NCBI GenBank assembly: GCA_951406725.2
Contig: OX597819.1
Coordinates: 38,812,001 to 38,876,000 of the forward strand
Length of the DNA: 64,000 nt
Direction: 5' to 3'
From: Octopus vulgaris
Taxonomy: Eukaryota
Both the position numbers and the translations under genes were made by a program. Below the pieces are notes generated by a model. The model made no database searches and was not told where the DNA came from. It worked only from the letters and a program-made list of their open reading frames with translations. Of this stretch, positions 1-12,406 are shown in pieces; within the stretch, counting starts at the first letter, position 1, and the number at the start of each line of letters is the position of its first letter.

Positions 1-338
1 AAAACATTAATTACAATTTCAAATGACTTCTTTTCTTTTTATTTATATTGTAGTTTAAGGTTTCCATTTATATTATTACAGTTCCAGAGAAACATCGCAA
101 AACGGTGTATCTACAGAAAAAGAAGGATGAGGTGGTAGGAGATGTCATGGAATACAATTACACCACCTCTTGTACACATCTACCTCAAAGTCACCTGGTT
201 TACAACCCTGTTCATTCCTTTTGTGTGCATTGAACAAAGCCAGTTTCCTATTTCTAAAACTATTGCAAATTTGTGCCTTTAGCAATGTGACAAAAACTAC
301 CAGAATTCTTTTATAACTTTTGCTGTTTGTACACTCAC

Positions 339-380
339 CTAATGTTGGTGTATATTTGTAAGTGTGAGACTTAAGAAAAG
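339..380 (-). CDS. Candidate 42-nt symmetric (phase 1-1) internal exon of an unidentified host gene, peptide (A)FLKSHTYKYTPTL(G)
   Basis: Minus strand: long CT-rich polypyrimidine tract, then ttttttccag| acceptor, 42 nt, then ATTAG|gtgagt consensus donor. Only the phase-1 frame is open. No homology recognised. Confidence 0.5.
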   Translation of the reverse strand, partial: LFLSLTLTNIHQH

Positions 381-526
381 CTGGAAAAAAGTGAGAAAGA
401 GAGAGAGAGAGAGAAAGAGAGGAGGATATATATTCAAACACAGGTGAAACTATATATTCCTATATTTAATTAGTAGTTGTCAGTTTGAAAAGATTATGGT
501 ACTGCCAAGTTCACACTTGTGTTCTA

Positions 527-710
527 CATCATCATCATCATCGTTTAACATCCGTTTTCCATGATGGCATGGGTTGGACGGTTTGACTGGGGACTGGGAA
601 GCCAGAAGGCTGCACCAGGCTCCAATCTGATATGGCAAGGTTTCTACAGCTGGATGCCCTTCCTGATGCCAACCATTCCAAGAGTGTAGTGGGTGCTTTT
701 TACATGCCAA
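527..710 (-). mobile_element. Family B short retroposon (RTE-type tail), 5'-truncated
   Basis: Reverse complement of the family B motif ...ggttggcgttaggaagggcatccagctgtagaaac...catggaaaacggacgttaaacgatgatgat, seen in more than 12 copies in the window. Confidence 0.8.
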
Positions 711-760
711 AATATATATATATATATATACATACACACATAAACATACACATGTGTGTG

Positions 761-815
<55 letters not shown>

Positions 816-1349
816 AGCATTTATATATAAGTACAGGTAAAATAGCGTGGTTAAGAAGTTCACTTTGGAATCATGCAGATTCTCTAGTTCAATCCTGCAG
901 CATGGTACCTTAGACAAGTATTTTCTACTGTGGCCTTAAGTTGGTCAATACCCTGACAGTGATAGTTAATTAGGAGGGGGAAACTGTAGAAGTTGTATAT
1001 GTGAATGCACAAATGCATGTGTGTGTGAGTGTGCATATGTGTATGTATGTGTATACATATATATCTGTGAGTGTATGTGAGTATGCATGTGTGTGTGTGT
1101 GTATGAGTTTGTCTCTATCCTTGTTTGTATTTATATTTACCTTATGTAAAAGTTGCATTTCTTTATGGTAAATTTAAAGAGATGACTTGGCCATTTGACA
1201 AACAGTAACCAATAAAATATGTATCTGATTGAAATAAGCACTGAGGTTGATAAGACCAACTAAAACAAGCATGTATGATGGATAGTGCTCCAGTGTGGCC
1301 ACAGTGCAATCATAGAAATCAGCAAAATACTAAAATAATACAGATACAG

Positions 1350-1515
1350 ATATGGCTGTGTAGTTAAGAAGCTTGCTTCCCAACAGTATGGTTTGGGGTT
1401 CAGTCCCACTGTGTGGCACCTTGGACAAGTTTTCCATTTTAGCCCCAGGCTGAATAATGCTTTGTGAGAGAAGTTGGTAAAGAAAAACTGTGTAGCAGCC
1501 TGTTGTATATATATT

Positions 1516-1565
<50 letters not shown>

Positions 1566-1590
1566 TGTGTGTATGTGTGTGTGTGTGTTT

Positions 1591-1629
<39 letters not shown>

Positions 1630-1845
1630 TCTGTATGAACTTGTACTCTCCCTCACACCACTTGATACCCGGCATTGGTCTGTTTACATCTTTGTAACTT
1701 AGAGGTTTGACAACAGAGACCAATAGAACAAGTATCAAATTTAAAAATCAAACATAAGTATTGGGGTCAATTTCTTCGATGAAACCCTCCAATAAGGCAC
1801 CTCAAGGTAGCCACAATCCAATGACTAAACAAGCAAAAGATAAAG
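1350..1845 (+). mobile_element. Family A tRNA-derived SINE (older copy) with internal (TG)n
   Basis: Head tggctgtgtagttaagaagc...ggttcagtcccac (A/B box-like), CORE-like ccttggacaagt, and tail ...caatgactaaacaagcaaaaga. A more decayed copy lies at about 835-1325. Confidence 0.8.
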
Positions 1846-1924
1846 GATGACGTATAAATGTGTGTACGTGTGAGTATGTGTGTGTGTGAATGAGTATGTA
1901 TGAGTATGTGTGTGCATATGTGTA

Positions 1925-2372
1925 TACTCTTTTACTTGTTTCAATCATTTGACTGCGGCCATGCTGGAGCACTGCCTTTAGTCGAACAAATCAACCCCAG
2001 GACTTATTCTTTGTAAGCCTAATACTTATTCTATTTTATCTTTCGCCGAACTGCCAAGTTATGGGGATGTAAACACACCAGCATCAGTTGTCAAGCGATC
2101 TTGGGAGGACAAACACAGACACATAAACATATACACACACATACATATATATATATATACACACACATACATACATATATATATATATATACATACACAC
2201 ATATATACGATGGGCTTCTTTCAGTTTCCATCTACCAAATCTACTCACAAGGCTTTGATCAGCCCGAGGCTATAGTAGAATGCACTTGCCCAAGGTGCTA
2301 CGAGTGGGACTGAACCTGGAACCATGTGGTTGGTAAGCAAGCTACTTACCACACAGCCACTCCTGTGCCTAT
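1925..2372 (-). mobile_element. Family A tRNA-derived SINE, full length
   Basis: Near-identical to the copies at 4210, 21121 and 25578. Tail (tactcttt)n; head ends cacagccactcctgtgcct. Confidence 0.9.
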
Positions 2373-2891
2373 GTGTAAAAAGGAAACACTTCTTTTCAAG
2401 TATTAAAGTAGACATAAAAAGACATGACTATGTTTGGGTTTGATCTTTTTGTTAAAATTTTCATATTTTCTTATCAGTTTTTTTTTTATATTTAGTTTGG
2501 ATAACATATTTCCTAAATCCATTAATCCACTAATATTTCAAGGCATCAATACTGTAATGGATTTAGGAACATTCTATCATGAGAATAGAGTGTTTGTAAT
2601 AATGGTGCTTGGTTCTCTGCTGGTTGCACAGAATCATGAGAGTTGTGTTGTGATTGATGAAACTTATCTCAGATTTATTCTGCTGGTGAGACCGTGAGGA
2701 TTTCAAAATGTTTATGGTCTAATGCCGTTTTCCAAAATTAAACCTAAGGGATTAATATTGAAATATCAAAAACATTTTCCTCAAAGTCAAATATACTCAT
2801 ATTTTTAATATATGTATGCATGTATATATATATATATATATGCATACACACACACACACACACAAACACATTTATATAAAGAATATATTTG

Positions 2892-2923
<32 letters not shown>

Positions 2924-3112
2924 TGTATGTATGTATGTATGTATGTATATATGTATGTATGTATATATATATAATTATTAATATTTGAGGGAATAAAATC
3001 CAAAACTTACAAGGAAAAAAATTCAATTTAGAAATACTAAATCAAATTTCACACAATATAATATATATATATAAATAATAGTATAATATATATATATTAT
3101 ACTATTATTTAA

Positions 3113-3443
3113 CAGCAGCAGAAATTTAACAAAAGCTGTTACTCGGAGTTTCACTTATTATAATAGTTTCTTCTATTATAGCCCCACGCTGACTAATGTT
3201 TTGTAAGAGAATTTGGCAAAGAAAAACTGTGTAGCAGCCTGTTGTATATATATTTGCATGAGTGTGTGTGTGCTTCAGTATGAGTTTGTACTCTCCCTCA
3301 CATCACTTGATAACACAGAGTTTTACTCGAAGTAACAGCTTTTGTTAAATTTCTGCTGCTTTTAAATAATAGCATATTACTCTACCTCTGGTATTTGAGT
3401 ACTCTTTTTTCCACCTTGTTTCACATTTATGTGCTTACTCCGG
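3113..3443. mobile_element. PLE-derived foldback element (same family as 13051-13254), with its centre replaced by a SINE fragment
   Basis: Inverted arms agcagcagaaatttaacaaaagctgttact / agtaacagcttttgttaaatttctgctgct, followed by the same tail as 13160-13254. Confidence 0.7.
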
Positions 3444-4209
3444 TATATATATATATATATATATATAATAGTTAGTAATTCATCTATCCAAAAAGAGGCA
3501 CACACTAACACACACACATATTGATTGTATGATTGATTAATTGATTGATTGATTGATTGAATGGAGTAGTATTCATTTAGATGTTTTCATGAAATCCAAA
3601 ATTTATTTTTAGAAAGATAAATTTTCCATCACAGTTTAAATATACAGAAATTGTCACCGACAGCAGCAGTCGCACCACTATCATTATCATTATAGTCATC
3701 ATTATACACAGAGGCCAGTTTTTCTAGGGGAAGAGTATAATTGATTGTATTGAACTCAATATATTATTGGTTCTTTATTTGCTGTGGTTTGGGAGAGATT
3801 AACCTGCTATACAACCATCATCAATATAATCATTTAACATCCATATTTCATATTGGTATGGGTCAGACAATTTGACAGGATCTGATTGATCCAAGGGCTG
3901 AACTGTGTCCCAGTGTCTACTTTGGCATGGTTTCTATAGCTAGATACTATTTTTAACACCACTTTACAACATGTATTCGGTCTTTTTTCCATGCCTTCAG
4001 CCCTAGTGAGGTTGTCATACCCAGTAGCATAACTAGGGAGGGGGGCAAGTGGGGTACACGGTTTTCATCTACAAAATTGACCCACATGCTCTTAGTCAAC
4101 CTGGGACAGAAGATACTTGTCCAAGGTGCCGCACAGTGGGACTAAACATGCAACCAGCTAATATAAATCTGAAAATAATTTTTTTCCTACTATACTCTCT
4201 TTCTCTCTT

Positions 4210-4582
4210 TTACTCTCTTTTACTTGTTTCAGTCATTTGACTGCGGCCATGCTGGAGTACCGTCTTTAATTGAGCAACTCGACCTCGGGACTTATTCTTT
4301 GTAAGCCCAGTACTTATTCTATCGGTCTCTTTTGCCGAACTGCTAAGTGACGAGGACGTAAACACACCAGCATCGGTTGTCAAGCAATGCTAGGGGGACA
4401 AACACATATACATATATACGACAGGCTTCTTTCAGTTTCCGTCTACCAAATCTACTCACAAGGCATTGGTCGGCCCGGGGCTATAGCAGAAGACACTTGC
4501 CTAAGATGCCACACAGTGGGACTGAACCCGGAACCATGTGGTTGGTTAGCAAGCTACTTACCACACAGCCACTCCTGTGCCT
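4210..4582 (-). mobile_element. Family A tRNA-derived SINE, full length
   Basis: Matches family A along its whole length. Confidence 0.9.
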
Positions 4583-5041
4583 AAACCCCAAGATTGTTCA
4601 ATACAAAGGCTATTGTACCAAGTAAATATCTGTATTTAAAAACAAGCATAGTTTTCTATAATTTAACTTTTCTTTTGTTATAATTTGCAATGTATTCAAG
4701 TGAGATAAACAAACTTTTTGTGATTAATGACAAGTGTGCACAACAGCAACAACCTTTTCTACTATATGTGCAAAGCCTGAAATGTTGTGGGAAGAGGCCC
4801 AGTCGATCACATCAACCTCAGTGCTCCACTGGTGCTTATTTTATTAACTGCAAAAAGATGAAAGACAAAAATTGACCCAGGCAGAATATGAACTCAGAAC
4901 ATAAATCCGAAAGTAATACTGTTAAGCATTTTGTCTGATGTGCTAACTATTCAGCCAGCTTGCTGCCTTTAATAACAACAACAACAATAATGATAATACA
5001 AATACAAAGCAAATACCAAACATGTAATAATGATGATGATG

Positions 5042-5079
<38 letters not shown>

Positions 5080-5553
5080 TGTCTTAGTATAAAATATGGG
5101 CTACAGCAAATATTCTGCTCAATACCACAGATTTGTTTGTCAGTTATTTGACCATAACCAGTTGAGCACGTCCCTTAGTGGCTGACAATATGTGCATCAC
5201 TGATTACAAGCAGAAGTAGATGGGGAGCATCATAGCCATGTTTTGAGGGGGATTCCTTGGGGTTTGGATAACTCGCTTCTGGAAACATGAGTGTGTCATT
5301 TGGCATCCTTAAACAACCCTTATTCAGGGACCTTTTGAGCTGGTTGGGCTACTCAACCTGAAGAAAAATCCAACAGGGCCTCAGCTATAAGGTCATGCAC
5401 TGTTTATTTTGATATGAGGTCACGATGATGCACACATATGGTTGTGATACATGTGCCTGGTGTACCCCTATCAGACGGGTAGTCATGATGGGTATACTGC
5501 GCTTTGTATATTACTACAGTGTCACTTCGATGGCATGCACTGTTCTCTTATTC
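5080..5553. mobile_element. Unclassified ~475-bp element flanked on both sides by (AAT)n
   Basis: Higher-complexity, higher-GC block between (AAT)n at 5043-5079 and 5554-5566, the same target context as the Dong-like LINE at 17193. No ORF recognised. Confidence 0.45.
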
Positions 5554-5744
5554 AATAATAATAATATTAGTTTCAAATTTTGGGACAAGGCCAGCAATTT
5601 TGGGAGTGGGAGCTAGTAGATTACACTGACCCCAGTAATCAACTGGTACTTATTTTATCATCCCTGAAAGGATGAAAGCTGAAGTTGACCATGGCGGAAT
5701 TTGAACTCAGAATGCAAAGACAGATGAAATATATATATACATAC

Positions 5745-5813
<69 letters not shown>

Positions 5814-6337
5814 TAGAGAGAGAGAGAGCGAGTGAGTGAGTGAGAGAGGGAGAGAGAGAGTGAGTGAGAGAGGGAGAGAGAGAGGTGCATGCAGGCAGAC
5901 AGATAGACAGATACATAGATATACATATATCATGATCTACCAAATTTGATCTTGATCTGCCAAATTCACGGACAAGGTATTGGTCAACCTGTGATGGCAG
6001 CTTTAGCAGGAAACACTCGCTCAAGGTACCATGCAGTGTAGCTGAACTAAAAACCATGCGCTTGCGAAGAGAACTTCTTAGCCACATGGTGATGTCTGAT
6101 CCTTAGTCAAGCCTGTACCTGGTTGTGTTTGTAAATCTTTTGATCAGAGACTAAAAGGTTCAAATATTTGGTTTTGACAAACACAACTGGAAACAATCTT
6201 TATTCAAAACCATTAAGGACAAAATCTCTTGAGAAATAATTTGGCAGAAAACTGAAAGGAACTTCATTTTCATGAAAGGCTTCTGTTTAAAAATGGCATT
6301 ATTAGTTTTTCAAGATAAAAACATAAAATAAAACTTT

Positions 6338-6785
6338 AGGTGCAGGAGTAGCTGTGTGTTAAGTAGCTTGCTTACCAACCACATGGTTCCGGGTTCATTC
6401 CCACTGCATTGTACCTTGGGCAAGTGTCTTCTACTATAGCCTCATGCTGACCAAAGCCTTGTGAGTGGATTTGGTAGAAAGAAACTGAAAGAAGCCTGTC
6501 ATATATATGTATATATGTGTGTATGTATATATATATATATATATGTATGTATGTGTGTGTCTGTGTCTGTGTTTGTCCCTCCAACATTGCTTGACAACTG
6601 ATGGTGATGTGGTTACGTCCCCATAACTTAGTGGTTCAGCAAAAGAGACTGATAAAATAAGTAGCAGACTCTGAAATAATTAAAAAAAGTACTGGGGTTA
6701 CTTTGTTTGACTAAACCCTTCAAGGCAGTGCTCCAGTATGGCTGTAGCCCAATGACTGAAACAAGTAAATGATAAAAGATAAAAA
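6338..6785 (+). mobile_element. Family A tRNA-derived SINE
   Basis: aggtgcaggagtagctgtgtgttaagtagcttgc...caatgactgaaacaagtaaatgataaaaga. Confidence 0.88.
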
Positions 6786-6892
6786 GGAAAAAGAAACCAG
6801 TGATCAGCCAAAAGTTTTCAATGAAGACATTTAGCAGTTTCGACATATTTCACATTTTGATGACTTTTGGTTAGAAATCCTGTACAGAGACA

Positions 6893-7120
6893 AATATATT
6901 TCTTTACTACCCACAAGGGGCTAAACATAGAGGGGGACAGACAAAGGGATTAAGTCGATTACATCGACCCCAGTGTGTAACTGGTACTTGATTTATCGAC
7001 CCCGAAAGGATGAAAGGCAAAGTCGACTTCGGAGGAATTTGAACTCAGAACGTAACAACAGACAAAATACCGCTAAGTATTTCACCTGGTGCACTAACGT
7101 TTCTGCCAGCTCACCGCCTT
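6893..7120 (-). mobile_element. Family E SINE
   Basis: Reverse complement of ggcggcgagctggcagaaacgttagc...gagttcaaattccgccgaggtcgactttgcctttcatcctttcggggtcgataaa...gccccttgtgggtagtaaagaaata. Also at 19449, 21538, 40168, 55768 and 63861. Confidence 0.88.
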
Positions 7121-7914
7121 TCAAATGATGAAGGCATGAAGAGACATCTAGTAGACTATGTTGTCATCTTACAATGATATGAGCTTGAGAAAGTTTTTGT
7201 GAAAAAAATTCGGAAAATACTCAGTTTAATGCTGATAAGAAAAATGCTATCTTCCAATGTTCCGGCATCTCTTAAAGTTGCCTCACAAAGAAATGTTTGG
7301 AAAGAAAATATGACTTGTACATTTTTTGTTTTTGAGGCAGAAAAATAAAAAGAAGCAAAATAAACGAAGAACTATGTTGGAAGGCTGTATGTAGATTATC
7401 ATCTATGTTAAATAAAACATGACAGACAGCTGCCAATTGATTGTGTATTTCTTCAAGAGAAGTGATCAATTAGGATATCAATAGCAATACTTTTGGTAAG
7501 TAAATGTGACATATGTATCTGGTGGTGGTGGTGGGGGGGTAAGTACAAAAACAAAAACAAGAAAAAAAAGAGAGAGAAAAAAGAAAATTACACAAACAAG
7601 GGTGGGGGCAAAGAATAATCTATATGAAATGTAAAATTACTAAATTATATTTATTGGAAACTTTCTTATCTTTGAATAATCATCTGAAAATCGAAAATGA
7701 AGACTCAAAAGTAATAATTAGCGAAATTTTCAGCGTCTAATAAATATAATATGATATATATGTATGCATGTAAGATTGTGTTTGTATATGTATGTATGTA
7801 TGTATATATACAAAAACACATATATTTATACAAACGTACATATATATATGTATATATAGATAGATACATACTTACTCTAAAGGTGAGAAAAGTGTTTGTA
7901 CATCACTATCATCA

Positions 7915-8180
7915 TCATCATCATCATCATCATCATCGTTTAACATCCGTTCTCCATGCTAGCATGGATTGGATGGTTCGACTGGGATCTGGGAAGCCAG
8001 GAGGCTGCACCAGGAGGCTGCACCAGGCTCCAGTCTGATCTGGCAGTGTTTCTACAGCTGGATGCCCTTCCTAATGCCAACCACTCCGTGAGTGTAGTGG
8101 GTGCTTTTTACGTGCCAGGCGAGGCTGGCAACGGCCACGATCAGATTGGTGCTTTTTACGTGCCACTGGCACGGAAGCCA
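7915..8180 (-). mobile_element. Family B short retroposon
   Basis: (CAT)n tail plus family B body; small internal duplication ggaggctgcacca x2. Confidence 0.85.
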
Positions 8181-8196
8181 ATCAAGTCGGTGCTAA

Positions 8197-8514
8197 AATG
8201 GAACAAAAACACAATAGAGGACAATAAAACATCCAGACACATAGATGATACAAAAGCAGACAGGAAGAACAACAATTAGAGAGACAGGGGAAAAAGGACG
8301 GGTCTTTCGAGGCCTTTTTTCATTAGATGTACTTACAGTTTTAGGCAGTTACTGCACGAACCAGTAAGGACACCTGGTAACTTGAATGTTGAAAAATGGC
8401 CACGAATGACCCATCCGTTTTTTCCTGTCTCTCTAATTGTTGTTTTTCCTGTCCACCTTTGTATTGTCTATCTGTCCATATCTATTTTATTGTCTTCTAT
8501 TGCGTTTTTGTTCC

Positions 8515-8517
<3 letters not shown>
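8197..8517. repeat. Foldback element (arms ~125 bp, 8197-8322 / 8390-8517) abutting (TA)n(TAGA)n
   Basis: aatggaacaaaaacacaatagaggacaataaaa...gagagacagg pairs with cctgtctctc...ttttattgtcttctattgcgtttttgttccatt. A related single arm lies at about 35810-35930. Confidence 0.75.
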
Positions 8518-8605
<88 letters not shown>

Positions 8606-9159
8606 GTAGATAGATAGATAGACAGAAGACAGATAGATAGATATAGATATAGATACTGTTTGCATCATGAGAATTTAGAAATTGAAAGAGAGCATGAGAT
8701 GATTTGTTTTTAGTGGTTGAACTTGAAGTAGATAAAGCTATGAAAGTTGAACAGCTTCAGACTTTTTTCTATCAGAAGGGTTTTTAGTTCAATATTTACA
8801 CCGTTATTTATAGCTTTATCTGTTAAAAATGATTTTACACACACACACACACACAGAAAGCAAAGATATTTGTTGATGTTATAAGACAAGCAGCCTTCAA
8901 GTTTTTCAGTCAAAAGGGTTTTTAATCCAATTTACACACTGCTATCTAGAGCATTATCTGCTTCAAGATCCACCATTCAAAAAAAAAAAAAACAAGAAAG
9001 AAAGAAAAAAGAAACATAGACATTTGTATTATTAAGTGATGTTAGGTATAAGGAAGAATTATACTTATTGGAAAATTTATCTTTGGACAATCATATGAAG
9101 ACAGGAAATGACAAACTCAAAGTTGAAATTAGTGAAGTTTTCAGCTTCCAAATAAATAT

Positions 9160-9472
9160 AATATCTTTCACTTGTTTCAGTCATTAGACTGTAGCCATGC
9201 TGGGGTACTACCTTGAATAATTTTAGTCAAATCGAACCCAGGACTTATACTCTTTTACTTGATTCAGTCATTTGACTGTGGCCATGCTGGAGCACCGCCT
9301 TTAGTCGAGCAAATCAACCCTAGGATGTATTCTTTGTAAGCCTAGTACTTATTCTGTCAGTCTCGTTTGCCAAACCGATAAGTTACAGGGATGTAAACAC
9401 ACCAGCATTGGTTGTCAAGTGATGTTAAAAGGACTAACACAGACACACAAACATATACACACACACACACAT

Positions 9473-9511
<39 letters not shown>

Positions 9512-9990
9512 CACGATGAGCTTTCAGTTTCTGTCTACCAAATCCACTCACAAGGCTTTGGTCAGCCCGAGGTTATAGTAGAAAACACTTGCTCAAGGTG
9601 TCACACATTGGGACTGAATCGGGAACCATGCAGTTCATAAGCAAGCTACTTACCACACAGCCACTCCAACACCTATTATATTTTTAAGCCTAGTATGTAT
9701 TCTATTGGTCTTTCTTACCAAACTGCTAAGTTATAGGGATGTAAATAACACCAGCTGTCAAGCAGTGGTGGGGGACTAAGATACACAAAAAAAACATGCA
9801 CAGATGCACACACACACACACACACACATGACAGCTTCTTTCTGTTTCCATCTACCAAATCCATTCACAAGGCTTTGGTCAGTCTGAGGCTATACTAGAA
9901 GACACTTGCCCAAGATGCCATGCAGTGGGACTGAATCCAGAACTATGTGGTTAAGAAGCAAAATCCTTACCACTCAGCCATGCCTGCACT
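9160..9990 (-). mobile_element. Nested family A SINEs (younger copy 9247-9672 inside an older copy)
   Basis: The older copy is interrupted after ...cccaggacttat and resumes at about 9675 (tttttaagcctagta...). Confidence 0.8.
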
Positions 9991-10875
9991 TAATATAATA
10001 TAATATAATATAATATAATGTGCTTGTTCATTCCTTCAGTTAATGTCTGTTTTCAATAACAGCAAGGAAAATTTTATTTGTGTAAGACTCCAACATGTTA
10101 CTCTTCAGAGTAATGTTTTTTGGCCTATAAAAACATTTTCCCCACACAATTAGAGGTCAAACCCCAGAAGTTTAACAAACAAATATGTATCTTATTAAAC
10201 AGCAGAAACTATCATAGTTTCTGTTAAAGCATGTACACAACTAATTATGTTCAATATTTAGAAACAGTTGACTACCCTGCAATATCCTGTCCTGTTTGTT
10301 TGTGAATAACAATCATTTTATTACATTCCCATGCACGTTATTATAATTATTAGCTGACAACATCCTTATCCCTATTTCTTTTGAAGCTCAAATCTAATAG
10401 AATGCAACCCTCATGTAGCCAAAATGATGATAAACTACGAAAGCTCTAGGAATATAATATCTTTCACTTGTTTCAGTCATTAGACTGTAGCCATGCTGGG
10501 GCACTAACTTGAAGAATTTTAGTCAAATCGAACCCAGGACTTATACTCTTTTACTTGATTCAGTCATTTGACTGTGGCCATGCTGGAGCACCACCTTTAG
10601 TCGAGTAAATCAACCCTAGGACGTATTCTTTGTAAGCCTAGTACTTATTCTGTCAGTCTCGTTTGCCAAAGTGCTAAGTTACAGGGATGTAAACACCAGC
10701 ATTGTTAACGTAATGTTAGAACATTACATAAAATTTAAATCTTGGACACAACAGAGCCTTTTTGTGACACAGTCAATGGTGCTTGAAAATGAGAACTTTT
10801 TAGACTTGTTAATCCTCCCATTATGATACTTTGATATTCACAAATTAAAAGCTCCTCAGATTAGACTCAGGTTAA

Positions 10876-11088
10876 CCCTTTAGCATTCAGATAACACTGT
10901 CAAATATAATGCTTATTTATTCGCATTGTTTTGAGTTAATCATGCATTATCTTGTAGCTTTGAGATTTCAATGATGGGATTGTTTATTTTTAGAATGACA
11001 TTGTTGGGTAAGTGTGAGAGATTGGATATGTCCTGTTAGAACATAAAATTGGTAGAATATTTTGGCTGGATATGACCAGTTTAAATGT
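10876..11088. mobile_element. piggyBac-like MITE (right end decayed)
   Basis: ttaa|ccctttagcatt start; homologous to 11747-11968 and 41120-41617. Confidence 0.65.
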
Positions 11089-11746
11089 AGCATTAAGCAA
11101 ATGAGAGCTCAAGACCTTTTGGTGGGTTTTTTTTTTTTTTTGGTGAATAAGTCAGTGATGGAAGGGCAACATCTACAAACTTTTTTAGGACTCTAGAAAT
11201 CAGTGGGAATAAGAGAGGGAGATTTCCTTAGGCTGGAGACCTAGCTCTAACCCTTGCAGCACAATAGGTGTTGCTAAAGTTGGGGGTGTTTAACTAGGTA
11301 ACAGATTAAGCCAACCAATCAAGAATAAATATGGTCTCTTCAGTATGTTCTTATATAGTTTCTCTCTACTTAATTGAACTGGGCTTTGGAGAAACCCAAG
11401 GCTACAGTAAAAAAAAAAATGATCACCTTAAGTTATGAGCAGTGGTATTGAACCTGAAACCACACTTTAATCACACAGTTATACCTGCTCTTATACATGA
11501 GTATCTTACAAATCTCTTACTGCCATTATAATTACAAAGAAAAAAAGAAACAAAAGCGTATTTATCTTGATTCACATATATAATCTAAGGTGTGACATAG
11601 CACTGAGCTCTTGCTTACGTCAATAAATTACATATATGTAGTTGGAATTTTATGACTGGCTGTTATTTCCAGCAGGTCAAGTAGCCATGCAGAAGTTCTT
11701 TCATTAGACACTCAAACCATCCAATATACACAGGCATCTTCTTTAA

Positions 11747-11968
11747 CCTTTCAGCTTTTAGATAGTAAAATGTTAAATGCAATGCTTATTTAGTTACATT
11801 AGTTTAAATTAATCATGCCTTATGTCAGAGCTTTGCGATTTCGATGATGTGATTGTTTATTCCTAAAGTAACATTGTAGGACAGGTGTGAGTGACCAGGT
11901 CTTGCCAGTTTCGACATAAAACAGATAGGATATTTGAGCCGGATATGGCCAGTTTAAATGCTAAAGGA
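11747..11968. mobile_element. piggyBac-like MITE, ~220 bp, TTAA TSD
   Basis: TTAA at 11743-46 and 11969-72; TIR consensus ccctttagcatt/aatgctaaaggg across three copies. Confidence 0.7.
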
Positions 11969-12132
11969 TTAAAGGGAAATTCAAAGATGGGGCTGTGGAA
12001 AGAGGCAGGATGAGGTATGAGCTATTTTCATTTCATTATTTCAGAGAGTGTGTGCATAAAAGAAGCAATGTGAAGAATTAGTTACTTAAGAAATGACAGG
12101 TGAGGAGATGAAGGGATGGAAATGTTTCAGTT

Positions 12133-12171
<39 letters not shown>

Positions 12172-12327
12172 CACACAAATATAAGAGGGTGTCCACTATG
12201 TGGTCGACTCTTGCGCTAAAAATAGATCCGCTATGGTCTCAACCACCAAGAATTGTTTCCAAGGAGAATTAGCACAACTATGAATGTAAACGAGCAGGAC
12301 AAATGAAAAATAACAAAAATGTAGATT

Positions 12328-12406
12328 AATTCTAGACAATTGTTTCGCTATTAATGGATTATGTAATTTTACTTACATAATATATCTGTAGCTCTTCAGT
12401 AGAATT
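12328..12406 (-). ncRNA. Type I hammerhead ribozyme, apparently intact (PLE-type)
   Basis: Minus strand: aattcta-CTGAAGA-gcta[cagatat attatgtaa gtaaaa ttacataat ccattaa]tagc-GAAAC-aatt-GTC^tagaatt. It has a 7-bp stem I, the complete catalytic core, stem II, a palindromic stem III (ACAATTGT) and a GUC cleavage triplet. Confidence 0.85.

Noticed and set aside
4022-4060. cagtagcataactaggg...ggggcaagtgggg, resembling a hAT-type terminus
   Set aside because: No partner TIR or TSD found.
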